From the NCBI GenBank assembly GCA_051453625.1, contig JBOZIK010000001.1, positions 6,655,949 through 6,695,457 on the forward strand: a stretch of 39,509 bases of DNA, written 5' to 3'. Below are positions 1-12,158 of this stretch, piece by piece; the stretch's first letter is position 1, and each line of letters begins with the position of its first letter. The notes under the pieces are model-generated. The model saw nothing but the letters and a program-made list of their open reading frames with translations. It ran no database searches and was not told the DNA's origin. The position numbers and the translations under genes were made by a program. The DNA comes from Welwitschia mirabilis. Its lineage: Eukaryota.

Positions 1-1013
1 CCTAAGTACCATCATAATTGTAAGATCTATTCAAAAACTGGGAAAAAAATCAATATTTTTAACTTTGCACTTCTATCTGATTCTGATGATAGGTCCAAAA
101 GACTTTAAAAGGATAGTAAACTGCACTACAACCAAGGAAGCATGGGATATCTTGGAGACTACACATGAAGGAACAAATCTAGTGAAGCAAGTAAATCTAC
201 AAATGCTTATCACAAAATGTGAAGATATTAAAATGGATGAAGATGGATGTATAAATCATTTTTTTGCTAAACTAGCTGNNNNNNNNNNNNNNNNNNNNNN
301 NNNNNNNNNNNNNNNNNNNNNNNNNNNNNNNNNNNNNNNNNNNNNNNNNNNNNNNNNNNNNNNNNNNNNNNNNNNNNNGATGTATAAATCATTTTTTTGC
401 TAAACTAGCTGACATTGTAAACTCTATGCGTGCGTTGGGTGCATAGGTTGAAAAACCAAGAGTTGTAAGAAAGGCTCCGAGGTCGTTGTCAAAACGGTTT
501 GAGTCAAAAGTAACTGCCATTAAAGAAAGCAAGGATCTAAACATCAAGAGGTTAGATGAACTTCAGGGAAATCTACACACCTTTGAACTAAAGTTTGGGA
601 AATCAAGAAAAAGAGTATTGCCTTGATTACAACTCATGAAAATGTTGAAGACAAGGAAGGCTTAGATCATGAGTTAAATAGTGATGATGAAATGGCTTTT
701 CTTGCCAAAAAATTTAGAAAGTTTATGAGACAAAGAAACAACTACAAGCCATCAAGAAGACCTCCAAGGAGAAAAGAAGATAAAAGAAAGGAAATTTAGT
801 GCTACTCTTATAAAGGATTTGCACACACATCAAATGAATATCCTAACAACAAGAAAGAAGAAAGAAGAAAGGGGAAGAAAGTTCTCTCTGTTACTTGGGA
901 TGGTGGTGACGATGATTATGAAAGCCATGGTAGGTGCAGCTCAAAATCCGAAAGGCATAGAATATAGAATATCTCTCGTGGCTTTTCTCACTTCAGATGA
1001 AAAGTTATGTGAT
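1..1013 (+). mobile_element. gag: Ty1/copia (SIRE-like) gag fragment, degenerate: UBN2-type gag plus decayed zinc knuckle
   Basis: Translation KEAWDILETTHEGTNLVK...LQMLITKCEDIKMDED, then FESKVTAIKESKDL, LQGNLHTFE and DDEMAFLAKKFRKFMR. Contains stops and frameshifts, is interrupted by a gap at 279-378 and ends at the gap 1014-1113. Confidence 0.9.
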
Positions 1014-1113
1014 NNNNNNNNNNNNNNNNNNNNNNNNNNNNNNNNNNNNNNNNNNNNNNNNNNNNNNNNNNNNNNNNNNNNNNNNNNNNNNNNNNNNNNN
1101 NNNNNNNNNNNNN

Positions 1114-3697
1114 ATCCTTATCATTTAGCATCACTCTAGCCATGTCTAATAAAACTCTATTCTTTCTTTCAACTACCCCATTTTGTCGAGGTGTCTTGGG
1201 ATCTGAAAACTCATTTCAATTCCAAAGTTATTGCAATAAGATTCAAACATAATATTATCAAGTTCACCACCATGATCGCTTCAAATTCATTTAATAACAT
1301 ATCCTTTTTTAATTTGCAATCTTTTCCAAAACTTAACGAAAGCATTATAAGCATCTGATTTAGCATGAAAAAAGGCTACACAAGTAAATCATGAAAAGTC
1401 ATCTACCATAACCAAAAAATAACATTTACGTGTTAGGCTTTTGTCTGAATGGGTCCCACCAGGTCCATATGACTCAAGTCTAAAGGCATATTGGTGATTA
1501 TTTCACTTTTGACTTTATGTGAAGAGTTGACATGTTTACCCTTTTGACAAGCATCACAAAATTTTTTATTAGTAAAAATAATGTTTGGAAGTCCCCTAAC
1601 GTACTTACCATTTGATATTTTCTTCAATTGTTCAAAATTATGACCCATTCTTTGATGCCATAAGACATCATCCTGCACTTGTGATGACATACATTTAGTT
1701 TCTTGGGCTTGAGAAATGCAATAGACACTGTCCTCCCTTTCAGCTTTACAAATGATTTCATCTGTGATTCCGTGTCTTATAATACACTTGTCAGAATCAA
1801 AAGTAATTTTATGCCCTTTATCACAAATTTGACTAACGCTCAAAAGGTTAGGTTATGATTTAAACCGTTTAGATTTACAACATCATTTATTTTGGGTAAA
1901 GGACCTCTAGTCATGCATCTGATGCCTTCAATTTTAGCCTTACAATTGTCCCCAAAAGTTACCTCACCTCCATCATAATCTTGAAGAGGATAAAACTTGA
2001 CTTATCACATGTCATATTTCTCAATCATCCACTATCAAGGTACCAACGAGGTTCACATGCTACCTTAAGTGTTGTTTGGATAAGAAGGCTTTTCTTCAAA
2101 ACTTTCGATACCCACATTGTGCTCTTCTCTTTTGATTGAACATTATTAAACTTGGGAATAAACCTGTAAAACTTTCTCAAGGAGGAGTTATACCAATACT
2201 TATGAAATAAACAATCAATTTTAGCATGACCCTTTTATTGCGGAAATGGCAAATGATGTTTGATAGATTTATGTTGCTGCTAGAATAGGTAATAGTTCTA
2301 TTTGTATGAGCTTTATTTGAGAGAAACTTTAGACTATTGTAACAAATGCTAGTTTTGTCATGAGGAGATCCTTTATTTGGGCCTCCCGTGAATCTTTCAA
2401 TGGTTTTAGTTGCCTCCTCAAGGTCATGTGTCAAGATCTTGTTTTCAATCTCCTTATAATGTAATTTTTCAATCAGATTCTTGTTTTCATTTTTCCACAA
2501 ATTTACTTTGAAGGCTAATTTTTGACATTGTTTGTATAATTCTATCTCAACATCATTCAAATGTTCATCTAGATTATCAACAGGCTCATTTGGTTTAGGG
2601 TTACATACCTCTTTATTTGATGAGATAACAAAACTGAGTGATATCCTATGATTGTCAGATTCAGAAGTACCATCACCTTCACTTTCTCCTTCTTCATCAT
2701 CATCCCAAGTGACTAAAAGAACCTTTATGCCTCTTAGTTTCTCTTCTCTTTTGTTGTTTTGGCATTCATTTGTGGTATGTCCAAAACCCTTGCAAGAGTA
2801 ACGTTATATTTCTTTCTTCTTTTCATTTTTATATTTTCTTTGCCTTCTTGTTTGATCTGAGCAGCTTCTCTTTCTCATTAGTCTTTTTAGTTTCCTGGCC
2901 AAAAGAGCTACTTCGTCATCGCTATCAATTTCATGATCAAATAGTGACTTAGTAGAAGGTATTTCTTGAGTCACAATGAGTGCTATGCTCCTCTTCATCA
3001 TCTCCCGGACTTGAGCTCAAATGTGTGGAGATTTCCGTGAAGTTCATTTAGCCTTATCAGATTCAAGTCCTTGCTTTCTTCAATGGCTATGACTTTTGAT
3101 TCAAACCTCTCGTGTAATGATCTCAAAGCTTTTCTCACCACTTTTTATTCCTCCACTTGTTCACCTAAGGCACGCATGGAGTTTACTATATCAGTTACTT
3201 TAACAAAGCAATAATTTATACCTTCATCTTCTTCCACTTTGATGCCTTCAAACTAAGTGACAAGCATGTGTAACTTTGCTTGCTTGACTAGACTTCTTCC
3301 TCATGAGCAGTTTCAAAAATGTCCCATGCTTCCTGGGTGGTAGAACAGTTGACTATTCTGTTAGAATCTTCTGGACCTATAGCACAAAACATAGCATTTA
3401 CACCTTTAAAGTTACAATTTCCTGCATGTCTTTCCCTAGGACTCCACTTGTCCTTACTAAGTTAATCCTTGTATTTTGATCTATGACTATAGAGAGTGAG
3501 TATCCTTGTTGAATGGAATCCCAAATGTCAAGATCGATAGATTGTACAAAAACTCTCATCTTGGCCTTCCAATAGGCATAATTTGAGCCATTAAAAAATG
3601 GGGCCTTGAGACAAAGTTATCTTCTATAGAGGGATTCATCTCTAGGATAAATGAGCAAAGATGCTAAGATCTGTTAGGATCTTACTAGCTCTACCAT
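1114..3697 (-). mobile_element. Ty1/copia (SIRE-like) internal region: gag, protease, GAG-pre-integrase and integrase N-terminus, degenerate
   Basis: Minus strand reads FNGSNYAYWKAKMRVFVQSID (about 3600-3540), DDEVALLARK, WYLDSG protease (about 2045), SVSQICDKGHKITF, LWHQRMGH...CDACQKGK...HMDLVGP, and TPRQNGVVERKNR (about 1200-1155). Confidence 0.93.
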
Positions 3698-3709
3698 GCT
3701 CTGATACCA
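3698..3709 (-). promoter_or_regulatory. Primer binding site (tRNA-iMet)
   Basis: Plus GCTCTGATACCA equals minus TGGTATCAGAGC, 2 nt from the LTR terminus at 3712. Confidence 0.92.
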
Positions 3710-3711
3710 AT

Positions 3712-4620
3712 TGATAATAGGATCATCCCTAGAGGGGGTGAATAGGGTGATCAAAATAGCTTCTAATAAAATAAAATAAAAATAAAATTGACAACAGTTT
3801 TTAATAGTGGGTAGCAACCACCCCTTAGCCTTGATCATAGCTAAAATATTTACTAAACAATGGTTTTCAAGGTTCACCATATTGTCAGATGAGAATGGAG
3901 TTGCCTTGTGCCTTTTTCCATAGAGAAGTCTCCCAGAAAGAATGCACTTGAAGCTCTTAAAGCTTTATCTCAAAGGAATATTGTCTCAGAAGCAACAGAG
4001 GATTGAATCACATATTAGATTTGAAATCGTTGTTGTTGTTACCCTTCACACTAAATTTTGGAGGTTCTTTTTTATTTTTTTTTGGAATATTAAGGATCAA
4101 GTTGCTCTTCTGTTGTAGTAAAAATCAGATTTAGTTCAGTTCTCCAAAAATTTTGGAGTGGATCAACTTTTAGTGCGCTAAAGAAAGCCTTTGAAAACCA
4201 ACGGACAGAAATTATTGAGTCGCCCTGATTTGAATCTACCTCTATCTAGTATCCATCCAGTAGCCCTCACAAAACATAGGGTTGACCTTACTAAATTCGG
4301 GTTTTCACAGGATGAGTCCAGTCACACTTACAAATGACAGGTCGACCACACTGACATGAAAAAGACCTGATCACTCTTAGAAACAATTAGATCGACCATC
4401 CTATTGATGCAACAAGATTTGATTTGGTCGCCCTCACGTAAGTTGGGTTAACCATGTAGCAGTTTTCACAAAGTTGCATCTAGTCGCCCTTAGATATATT
4501 TAGTTGACCTTACTGAGATTTCAGCTGAGGTTAATTCAGTCACCCTTATGAAAACTGGGTTGCCCTCTGAAAGCCTGTTACCTATACAAAAGTACACTAA
4601 ACACTTTTTGGGGGCATCAA
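3712..4620 (-). mobile_element. 5' LTR of the SIRE-like copia element (outer boundary approximate)
   Basis: Starts with TG next to the PBS and carries CCTAGAGGGGGTGAATAGG (minus CCTATTCACCCCCTCTAGG), a typical LTR-end motif. Contains an array of GTCGACC/GTTGACC/GTCGCCC motifs at about 4215-4570. Confidence 0.7.
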
Positions 4621-5328
4621 TGACAATTTTCCAAGAAGTACAAGCATAGAAAGGACGAGGACTCTAAAAACTTTAGCAAGCCCTATATGGAATAAATTCT
4701 TGAAAAGGATTATTACAAATTATAAGTGAAAATCATGAAAAGCATAAGAAGTAAAACAAAATTAACTTCTAAGTAGAGAAAGGTAAAATAAAGATATCCC
4801 TTTGAAAGATTTCAAGTTTGAAGGAGTGTTAAGGTATGGACATATCAATAACATATCTGAATGATGCCAAACTTGAGATGAACAAAACATGAAGAGTCCA
4901 TCAAGATTGTAACTTTAGATTATAAATAAAAAAGTATAAATATGTTTATGTTAATATGTAGGTCATGAAGAAGATAAACCTCCATATCTCCATACACGCA
5001 TGAGCTTCCTATGAATTTGTTAAGATAACTAAACAAATGGTTAAGTCAACTAGTTAAAATACAAAGAGACATTCAGCTATGATCTAACGTTTCATATATG
5101 TAGGTAGATACTAGGACAATAATAGTATTCAACAATTCAATTTGAATTTCTTACTTAATTATCCACTGTTTCAATATTTTAACACCTTGATGAATGCAAA
5201 ATATTTGTGCATAAATAATATGAGCAAATGAAGTGGTACAAGGTCAAATGTAAATCTAATGGAACAAACATTTAATGATGAAGGAATAAAATAAATGAGT
5301 GCATCATTGCCTGACATTATCTCCATAC

Positions 5329-6248
5329 CTGCCTCGTGAAGAAACAATTAAAAAATTATCTGACTGCATTGTCGCATATGCTTCGAGGAACCTAGCACTG
5401 TCTCTAAAGAATACAAGCCCTCTTGTAAAACATTCAAAGTTAAACGCGGGAAGAATGATAACTTTTATGATGCCAGAGACAAGAGCAGACAACACATTCA
5501 TCATATCAGAAGAATTTAGATCTTTCTCAACATTATCAAAAAGAAGGACTTTCATGGAACTATGCATGTCTGTATGTTGGTTCTTGTCATGCAAATCTAT
5601 ACCAGCAACTTTTGAACCTTCTGAAATTTGATTCTTGGCCCCACTTAACCCTGAAACACAATGACCACCATCTTGATAGTGTGCCGTTGATGGATCTGTC
5701 AATAAACACATTCTTGTTTTATTTACTCCTTCTGAAGGATCAATAGGTTTTTGATAGAACCTTGAAATATTAGTATTCTGGCCCTCAACAGAATCAACTG
5801 CATTTTGTTTTACACAAACAGGTGTCTCAATGTCTACTGGTTTTTGTCGCTTACCCTTTCCCCATGATGATGGAAACTTCCAAGCTTTTCTATCATCACT
5901 ATGAAAAGTTCCTTGACTACTCCCCTTGAGTTCATTATGACTATTTATAAAAATACCCTGATCAACACTTAAATTCTGAGGAGACATATTTGACTGTATG
6001 GGACTGCATTTTACATTTTGCTGTGGCCTGCATTTTTCAACACTTGACTGTGAAGCCCGTGATGTATCTCTTTCCGTATCTGTACAATGCTTAGCAACAC
6101 CTCTCTGCTCATGAGAAATAGCAACAGTTTTTGACATGGAGTCCTCAGGTGTGACTGCTGTCTCACTGGTATTATTGGCTCTCACATCAGCATGCTTCCC
6201 TTTTAAACCCTGCGATGATAAATACCCTGACTCTGCAGAATCAGATTC
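5329..6248 (-). CDS. Large exon of a host gene: disordered linker plus ASI1/IBM2-like RRM
   Basis: Open frame of about 306 codons ending KVLLFDNVEKDLNSSDMMNVLSALVSGIIKVIILPAFNFECFTRGLVFFRDSARFLEAYATMQSDNFLIVSSRGR. Donor AG|GTATGG at 5329/5328. Acceptor AAACAG|GAA at 6249/6248; alternative TGCAG| at 6233/6232. Confidence 0.8.
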
Positions 6249-6353
6249 CTGTTTGAAAGCTTTTGCACTATCAGCAATGTTGTGATAAAAGAGATTTTTA
6301 ATGTTCCTTTCCAAGTGCAAAAAACTAATTGTAAATGGTCAATGAGAACGCAC

Positions 6354-6442
6354 ATGTAATCTAAGGAAAGAATCACTATGGTGACTGTTTTCACACATCC
6401 TCTTGCTTGCTGTACTTAAGGATTGCTGCTTTTCAATTGCAA
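6354..6442 (-). CDS. Probable small internal exon of the same gene (VAIEKQQSLSTASKRMCENSHHSDSFLRLH)
   Basis: Acceptor TTTTTATCAG| and donor CAT|GTGCGT. The 89 nt link the phase-1 end of the upstream exon to the phase-0 start of the large exon, giving introns of 112 and 105 nt. Confidence 0.55.
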
Positions 6443-6554
6443 CTGATAAAAAGCTTCACAAATCAATTAAGTATAAACAAAACAGAAAGCAGGCAAGAAT
6501 ATATGTTATCTAAGGAAATTCAAGAAATATAATTTGTATGCATTAATTGAAAAC

Positions 6555-6804
6555 CTTTTTGATTGTTTGTTGTCTTCATTGAATTTTTACAAACAGTTGT
6601 TGACGTAGAGTTCCGTTTCTCCACGAATTGTTTCATTGTGTTTAGTACAGGATGACTTTCAATTGTTCCTTCATTCAGCAAACAAATGTTCTCACAATGG
6701 ATAGGGGTAATTTGTCCTGAGTTTGGCCCTGCTTGCCATAATACATGAAAAGTGCATGGACACACTTCTTCATCATCAACAGAAAAGTGCTCAGAATGAT
6801 GAAT
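6555..6804 (-). CDS. Exon encoding the C-terminal part of a probable SAWADEE domain
   Basis: Acceptor CTGCAG|ATT and donor AAG|GTTTTC. Translation IHHSEHFSVDDEEVCPCTFHVLWQAGPNSGQITPIHCENICLL fits the H...CxCxFxxxW..GP...IC zinc-binding end of SAWADEE domains. Confidence 0.72.
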
Positions 6805-7553
6805 CTGCAGGTAAGTATGAACATTTTAAAATAAATTTAGAAGTATCAATGGACTAGAGACATTTTACAGATTTAAAATTTCAAATTTACTTCCCCCATG
6901 AAAACAACATTAAGAAACTGTGATCAGAATGATAAACAGTTTGCTAGCATGAAACAGATTCAAAATACCATGAAATAGAACTATGTTCTTGCTAAGCCAA
7001 AAGCAAATTTAATAGCCAATACACTCATTCTCTGGAGTAGGGAAGATCGCATAAAAGTTTGGTAGCATGCTAGTTGTTATCAAAATTCAACAACACCGTA
7101 AACACAACCAAGAGCCTAAGAGAATAACCATATTAAGGTATGTACCAGTAGGAATTCCTGGGAGGCCACTCATCCCAATAGTTTTCCAGTCAACCCAAGG
7201 GTGCTTAATTATGGATTATTTGTGGGATCTGATAGAGTAACTCCAACTTGGTCCAATCAACTATTTTTTAAACATGGTTTTGTCAGCACAAAAGTAATAA
7301 AATATGATTAAGGAAGATCTGCAGGGCTCTCATATCAGGTGCCAGTTAACAGGACTTCATTAGCAATATCCATTTGCAAGGCAAACATCTATAACTAAGG
7401 CGTAGAGACCACCATTTGCACATCTGACTTTTCAGTCTTCTTCTTTTTGCCTTTTCTTGTATTTTGATCCAGGTCCTGATGACATTGCTGAATTTCCCAA
7501 AGAATCTATTGTGGCTTTTTATGAGGATTTTCAATGGATAAGTGTTCATGGAA

Positions 7554-8200
7554 TGAAAATAACCCTCAAGAGGGGAGCAGGGGTGTGAATAGGCTATTTT
7601 AAATTCACCTCCTTTTTACTTATAAAAATCTCTNNNNNNNNNNATAGCCCAAGATCAAGGCTATTCTGGACTTCAGTTGAATTGTCAACCCAAAGGAGAG
7701 TAAGAGAATGAAGCCTTAGGGCTCAGAATCCCTGAAAATGCAAGCAATACGAAAGGGGCCTTAGAGCTCAGAGCAGGCACAGAGTCTGTTGCAAAGGATA
7801 AAAATTTAAAAATAATTGAGGTAAGCTCTGAAAAGGGTTGTAAGTAAGCTTTTTGCACAGATTCACCAAGGTTAGAAGATCAATGACCCTTAAAAACAAA
7901 ACTGATTTCCTTTATAAAGATCCTCCCAAAAAAGATAGCTGTTGGCAAACTAACAATTGCATGGAAGGAATCTCGCAAGAAATAGTTGACACTGAAAAAA
8001 GAAAACAGTCAGAAAACTGATTCAAAATTGATCTCATCCATAGGTTCAGTCAACCCCATTGAGGACAATATGCACTAAAAACAGTCCAATCAACGTGATG
8101 CAGGTACCAATCGCCCCAACCTGAAACAGTCTGTCTAGCCTGTTCCAGGTCCAGTCGCCCTAATATGAATCCGATCAATCTGATACCAACTACTTTGAAA
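7554..8200 (-). mobile_element. SIRE-like LTR fragment or solo LTR (right boundary approximate)
   Basis: TG start followed by CCCTCAAGAGGGG...GGTGTGAATAGG and later GTCAACCC/TCGCCCC/GTCGCCC motifs as in the 3712 LTR. No adjacent PBS. Confidence 0.55.
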
Positions 8201-8452
8201 GATTAACAACTAAGATCAAAATTGGCACAAGTCTTTAACTATCTTTTCCATGTTGGAATGCTATCCAAGAGACCTACCACTTATTTTTCATTCCGCAATC
8301 ATAATGTTTATTAGTTTGAGGCCAATTGGCAATACAAGGTCTAACAGTATTGCCATTTTCTGCACAATAGATATCATTTGAAACCAGATTTCTATTTTTA
8401 GATGTACATTTGTGCTTGCAGCGCTAAAGGCAATTGAATCGACTTGAGAAAC

Positions 8453-9430
8453 TGTTGATCATGTTGGGACTTGAACTAACCTCATACCAAACTCTCATCA
8501 AATGAAGCAAGTTGAGGATAATGTGGAATAGTCTATTCTGTATGAACAGTTGAATGATTAAATAATGGCAATAAAGTAAATAACATGACACAATACATTC
8601 TTGCAGGTTGAGCAATTTCACAGTCTACATCTGAAGATCCAAATAGACATAACCAAATGATATTTCGATGATAGCAAAATATTGCAAAAAGAGGAGGAAA
8701 AGCAGGCAAAAAATGACACAAGGACTGAAGTACAAGTCTGCCAAAGAGGAAGAACAGGAACAGGAAAATACAGGGGAAATCACTGAACAGCACTTGGCGA
8801 AACAGGAGGGGCAAAGGACAGTACCAGTAAAGAAACAAGAATTCACCAAAATCTATGGTGGATTTTGAATATATCACTACAATGCCACCTACAAAGCACT
8901 CAACCATCTCTTCAACAATCAGTAAACAAAGAAGGAGAAACAGAAGAAAGGGGTAAGACATAGGCATGAGAGAAGAGTGCCGACAAGGAATCAAAGCTCC
9001 CAGCCAAGAACGAAGAATTCAGCAAAGCACTCCACCATTGCTACAACAATCAGTAGACAAAAAAGACAAAACAAAAGAAAGATATGAGACATAAAGCATG
9101 AAAGAAAAGCTGTGACAGGGAATCAAAGCCCCCTTCGTCATCACAATAAGCAGCACCTAACAATAACTTATGAGAACTTGGCCAAGAAGACAAAGATCAG
9201 GTTTTTCAACCTAAAGTGAGCCTATTTAAAAGGATGGGTTTTGAGGGAAGAGTATTATATTCTAAAAACTTTGGCTAGTAAGGACGGCTTATGTCCTTGG
9301 ACTATTTCTCAAAATCTTAAGAGAGCTCTACATTGCTTCCGTGGTTTTTCCCCACATTGGGGTTTCCATGAAAATACTTGTGTGTTGTCTTGCTTTCCGC
9401 TTTTGCTATTTTTTGATGCTATTCTTAACA
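8453..9430 (+). mobile_element. Candidate copia solo LTR
   Basis: TG...CA ends, TATA-like CCTATTTAAAAGG near 9222, and CCGTGGTTTTTCCCCACATTGGGGTTTCCA near the 3' end, which is the inverted counterpart of the motif at 10720-10752. No matching TSD found. Confidence 0.55.
8893..9131 (+). repeat. Two diverged direct repeats of about 108 bp (period about 131 bp)
   Basis: AAAGCACTC.ACCAT....CAACAATCAGTA.ACAAA...AGACATA..GCATGA.AGAA.AG...GACA.GGAATCAAAGC occurs from about 8893 and from about 9024. Confidence 0.8.
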
Positions 9431-9439
9431 CAAATCCCA

Positions 9440-10240
9440 TTTATTTTCAAAGAATGAGGAACAACTTTTACATTGAAAGCCATTTAATTTATCTCCCCTC
9501 TTTCAAAATCTTCCACATAAACATACTTTTCTTTTCCCTTCCAGAACGCATTGGCCACTTGTACACTTATCCCTTACAAATTTCAGTCAACCTTTCCTTC
9601 CCCTCATTATTTGTTAGTTTTTCAATCCTCTGTAGTTCTTAGTTGACCCGCTTTCTATTGTCAGTTGACCACATTTGATGCAAATGACTTTGTAACCTTT
9701 TGTGAGAACTAGTCGACCACCCTCTGTCAGTCAACCACACAACAAAGAGCTCTTCGAGGAGGACTAAGAGAACTTTTGGCTAGTTAACCACCCTTGCAAC
9801 ACAAACTCCTATTATCAAACTGAACTCAACCCAATTGACCACCCTTTTTGGCTGGTCACCCACCATAAAGTAACTACAATTCTAAGCTGGAAAATCATTA
9901 TTTGATATTGCTACCATGATGCTAACATGCCATTAACACATTTTACATATTTCATGGGGATGCTCCTACATTGTCCCCTCCACCTTAGAATGAAACTTTA
10001 AATCGCCATACCTTTTATGCTAAAACATCAAAATAACAATAGCACTATGAAACATTCAACTCAATCATGTAAGCCTTGTTCCATTTCAAGCCACACATAT
10101 TAAAACGCACTCAAACCACACATCATCAGAGTCAATAGAAAACACACCTCTCTCCTTTTCTTAATGTCAACTCCACTCATGCTCTTCGTTTGTACCTGCA
10201 AATGCAATAGTCAACACAACAAAAGCCAAATGAATTGTTG
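9440..10240 (-). mobile_element. SIRE-like LTR interior fragment
   Basis: Repeated AGTTGACC/AGTCGACC/AGTCAACC/AGTTAACC motifs at 9640-9865, like those in the 3712-4620 LTR. Confidence 0.45.
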
Positions 10241-10648
10241 AATTAACATATGCATCAATCCTTCATGCCATGGGGCACTGCTTGGACCACCGACCACCTT
10301 TTTTCTTTATTTGGTTATCTACTTCACCACATGCTTGTCGTGATCATCCAGCATGACCCAACCTGTCGTGATCACCACTGTTCCTTTCCTTTTGTTCAGC
10401 TTTCTTTGTCTACTTCTTTATGTTTGCATAGTCTCTTGACTTATGTACTTTAGTTACGCAATGATAAAATACTGCTTAAAACAACCTTGAGAGATTTCAC
10501 CTTTATCTCTCAACCTTGCAACATTTGTAATTTTATTATAGCCACTTCCTCCATGTGCTCTTCCATACCTTGCTTGTGTTCTTGGCTAGTTTGCTCATTC
10601 CGCACAGGGCCTCTAAAAGATATTCGAACGGAAAGCACTTCGAACCTC

Positions 10649-10660
10649 GCTCTAATACCA
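10649..10660 (-). promoter_or_regulatory. Primer binding site (tRNA-iMet, 1 mismatch)
   Basis: Plus GCTCTAATACCA equals minus TGGTATTAGAGC, 2 nt from the LTR terminus at 10663. Confidence 0.8.
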
Positions 10661-10662
10661 GT

Positions 10663-11060
10663 TGTTAGGAAATGCAACAAAGCAAAAACAAAATGCTAAC
10701 ATGAAGACACCAGATTTTATGTGGAAAACCCCAATATGGGGAAAAACCACGGAAGCAATCAAAGCTTTCTTATTTGAATGAAAATGGCAAAGACACAAGC
10801 CATCCTCACCAGCCAATATTACAACTCTTGACTCCCACATTCACATTTCATGCCTCTATCCCCTTTATATAGATTTTCTTTTAGGGTAGAAACCTTAATC
10901 CTAAATTCCAAAACTTTCTAGATGACCCTATTAGACCTCCCTTCTTTATCCTTTTTGTTTAATATTAAATTACAACAAGAAGGGGACTACAAAAAATATA
11001 TATAAAGTCAAAACTACAAAGGAATAAATAACATCAAAAGATTTGGCTTCACTTCCAACA
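10663..11060 (-). mobile_element. About 400 bp copia 5' LTR inserted into a SIRE-like gag
   Basis: TGTTAGG...TCCAACA termini and adjacent PBS. Shares GATTT.A.GTGGAAA and ...CTTCA..CC.AACA motifs with the LTRs at 26575 and 31559. Gag sequence begins abruptly at 11061. Confidence 0.8.
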
Positions 11061-12158
11061 AAAAGAAGACAAGAGAAAGAACATCTAGTGCTACTCTTGC
11101 AAAGGGTTTGGACGTATATCAAATGAATGTCCTAACAACAAGAAAGAGGAAAGCAGAAAGGGGAAGAAAGCTCTCTTTATTACTAGGGATGATTGTGATG
11201 ATGAATATGAAAGCGATGGTGAGTGCAACTCAAAATCAGAAAGGCATAAAATATATCTCATGGCTTTTCTCGCTTCAAATGAAAAGGTATGTGATCCAGA
11301 CCCATATGACTTTTGAAAATGAATATACTCTGAGTAAGGTAGAATTGGAACTATAAAAGGAGTGTCAGATCTTAGCTCTTAAGGTAAATGAACTCAAAAA
11401 AGAAAACAAAAGCTTAATCAAGGAGTAAACGCTTAATGACAAAGAGATTGAAAAGTTGAGAAGAGACCTTGGAGAAGCATCTCAAATAACTAGAAAGCCA
11501 AATTATGACAAGTCAAGGACTAAAGTTAGAGGTTCAGAAGGCACATCAACATCAAATCACTTCAACTCTATTACAAACTGGCTTCACGGTGAAGGATCGA
11601 TGGTAAGATCTACATTACAGTCTTCAATGATGAATATTACTTATCATTTTTGCAGTAGAAGAGGGCATTCCAAAATAGACTGTATTATTCGCAAAAGTCT
11701 ATTTTGCCATTTCATGATGAGTAAGAATTATAAGTTTATTCCTAAATTTACTCATTTAAATCAACAAAAATCCGTTTGGATACCCAAAACATCCATGAAG
11801 AGTTTTCTTATTCAAACTACTCTTAAAGTGACTAATCATACTTGCTGGTATCTTGATAGTGAGTGTTCTAGACACACGACAGGGGACAAATCGAGTTGCA
11901 TTACCTTCAGTGAGTATGATAGTGGAGAGGTGACTTTTGGAGACAATGGTAAAGCAAAGATTGAAGGAATTGGATGCATTGGAGGAGGTAATCTACCTAA
12001 AATAAATGATGTTTTATATGTAAATGGCCTTAAGCACAATTTGTTAAGTCAAATTTGTGATAAGGGCCATAAAGCATAGTTTGAAACTAACAAGTGCACT
12101 GTAAGACATGGGGTTACAAAGCAGGTTTTGCTTGTAGCAAAGAGACAAGACAATGTTA
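11061..12158 (+). mobile_element. Ty1/copia (SIRE-like) gag C-terminus and protease fragment
   Basis: CYSCKGFGRISNEC zinc knuckle, homologous to 770-1013, then WYLDSECSRHTTGDK...VTFGDNGK...GLKHNLLSQICDKG. Confidence 0.9.

Noticed and set aside
2177-2560. Sirevirus env-like ORF
   Set aside because: It lies between the gag knuckle and the protease, so it is the extended coiled-coil gag tail. An env-like ORF would follow RNase H, and that region is absent here.
6805-6816. Perfect plus-strand donor CAG|GTAAGT
   Set aside because: Coincides with the palindromic CTGCAG used as the minus-strand acceptor; the recognisable protein is on the minus strand and no plus-strand exon is supported.
7440-7553. 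Plus-strand pyrimidine tract plus AG followed by GPDDIAEFPKESIVAFYEDFQW
   Set aside because: Short, cut by an LTR, with no donor and no recognisable homology.
8424-9642. Hydrophobic ORFs (8533-8994, 9241-9642) as membrane proteins
   Set aside because: They lie in A-rich LTR-like or repeat sequence with no domain motifs or splice support.
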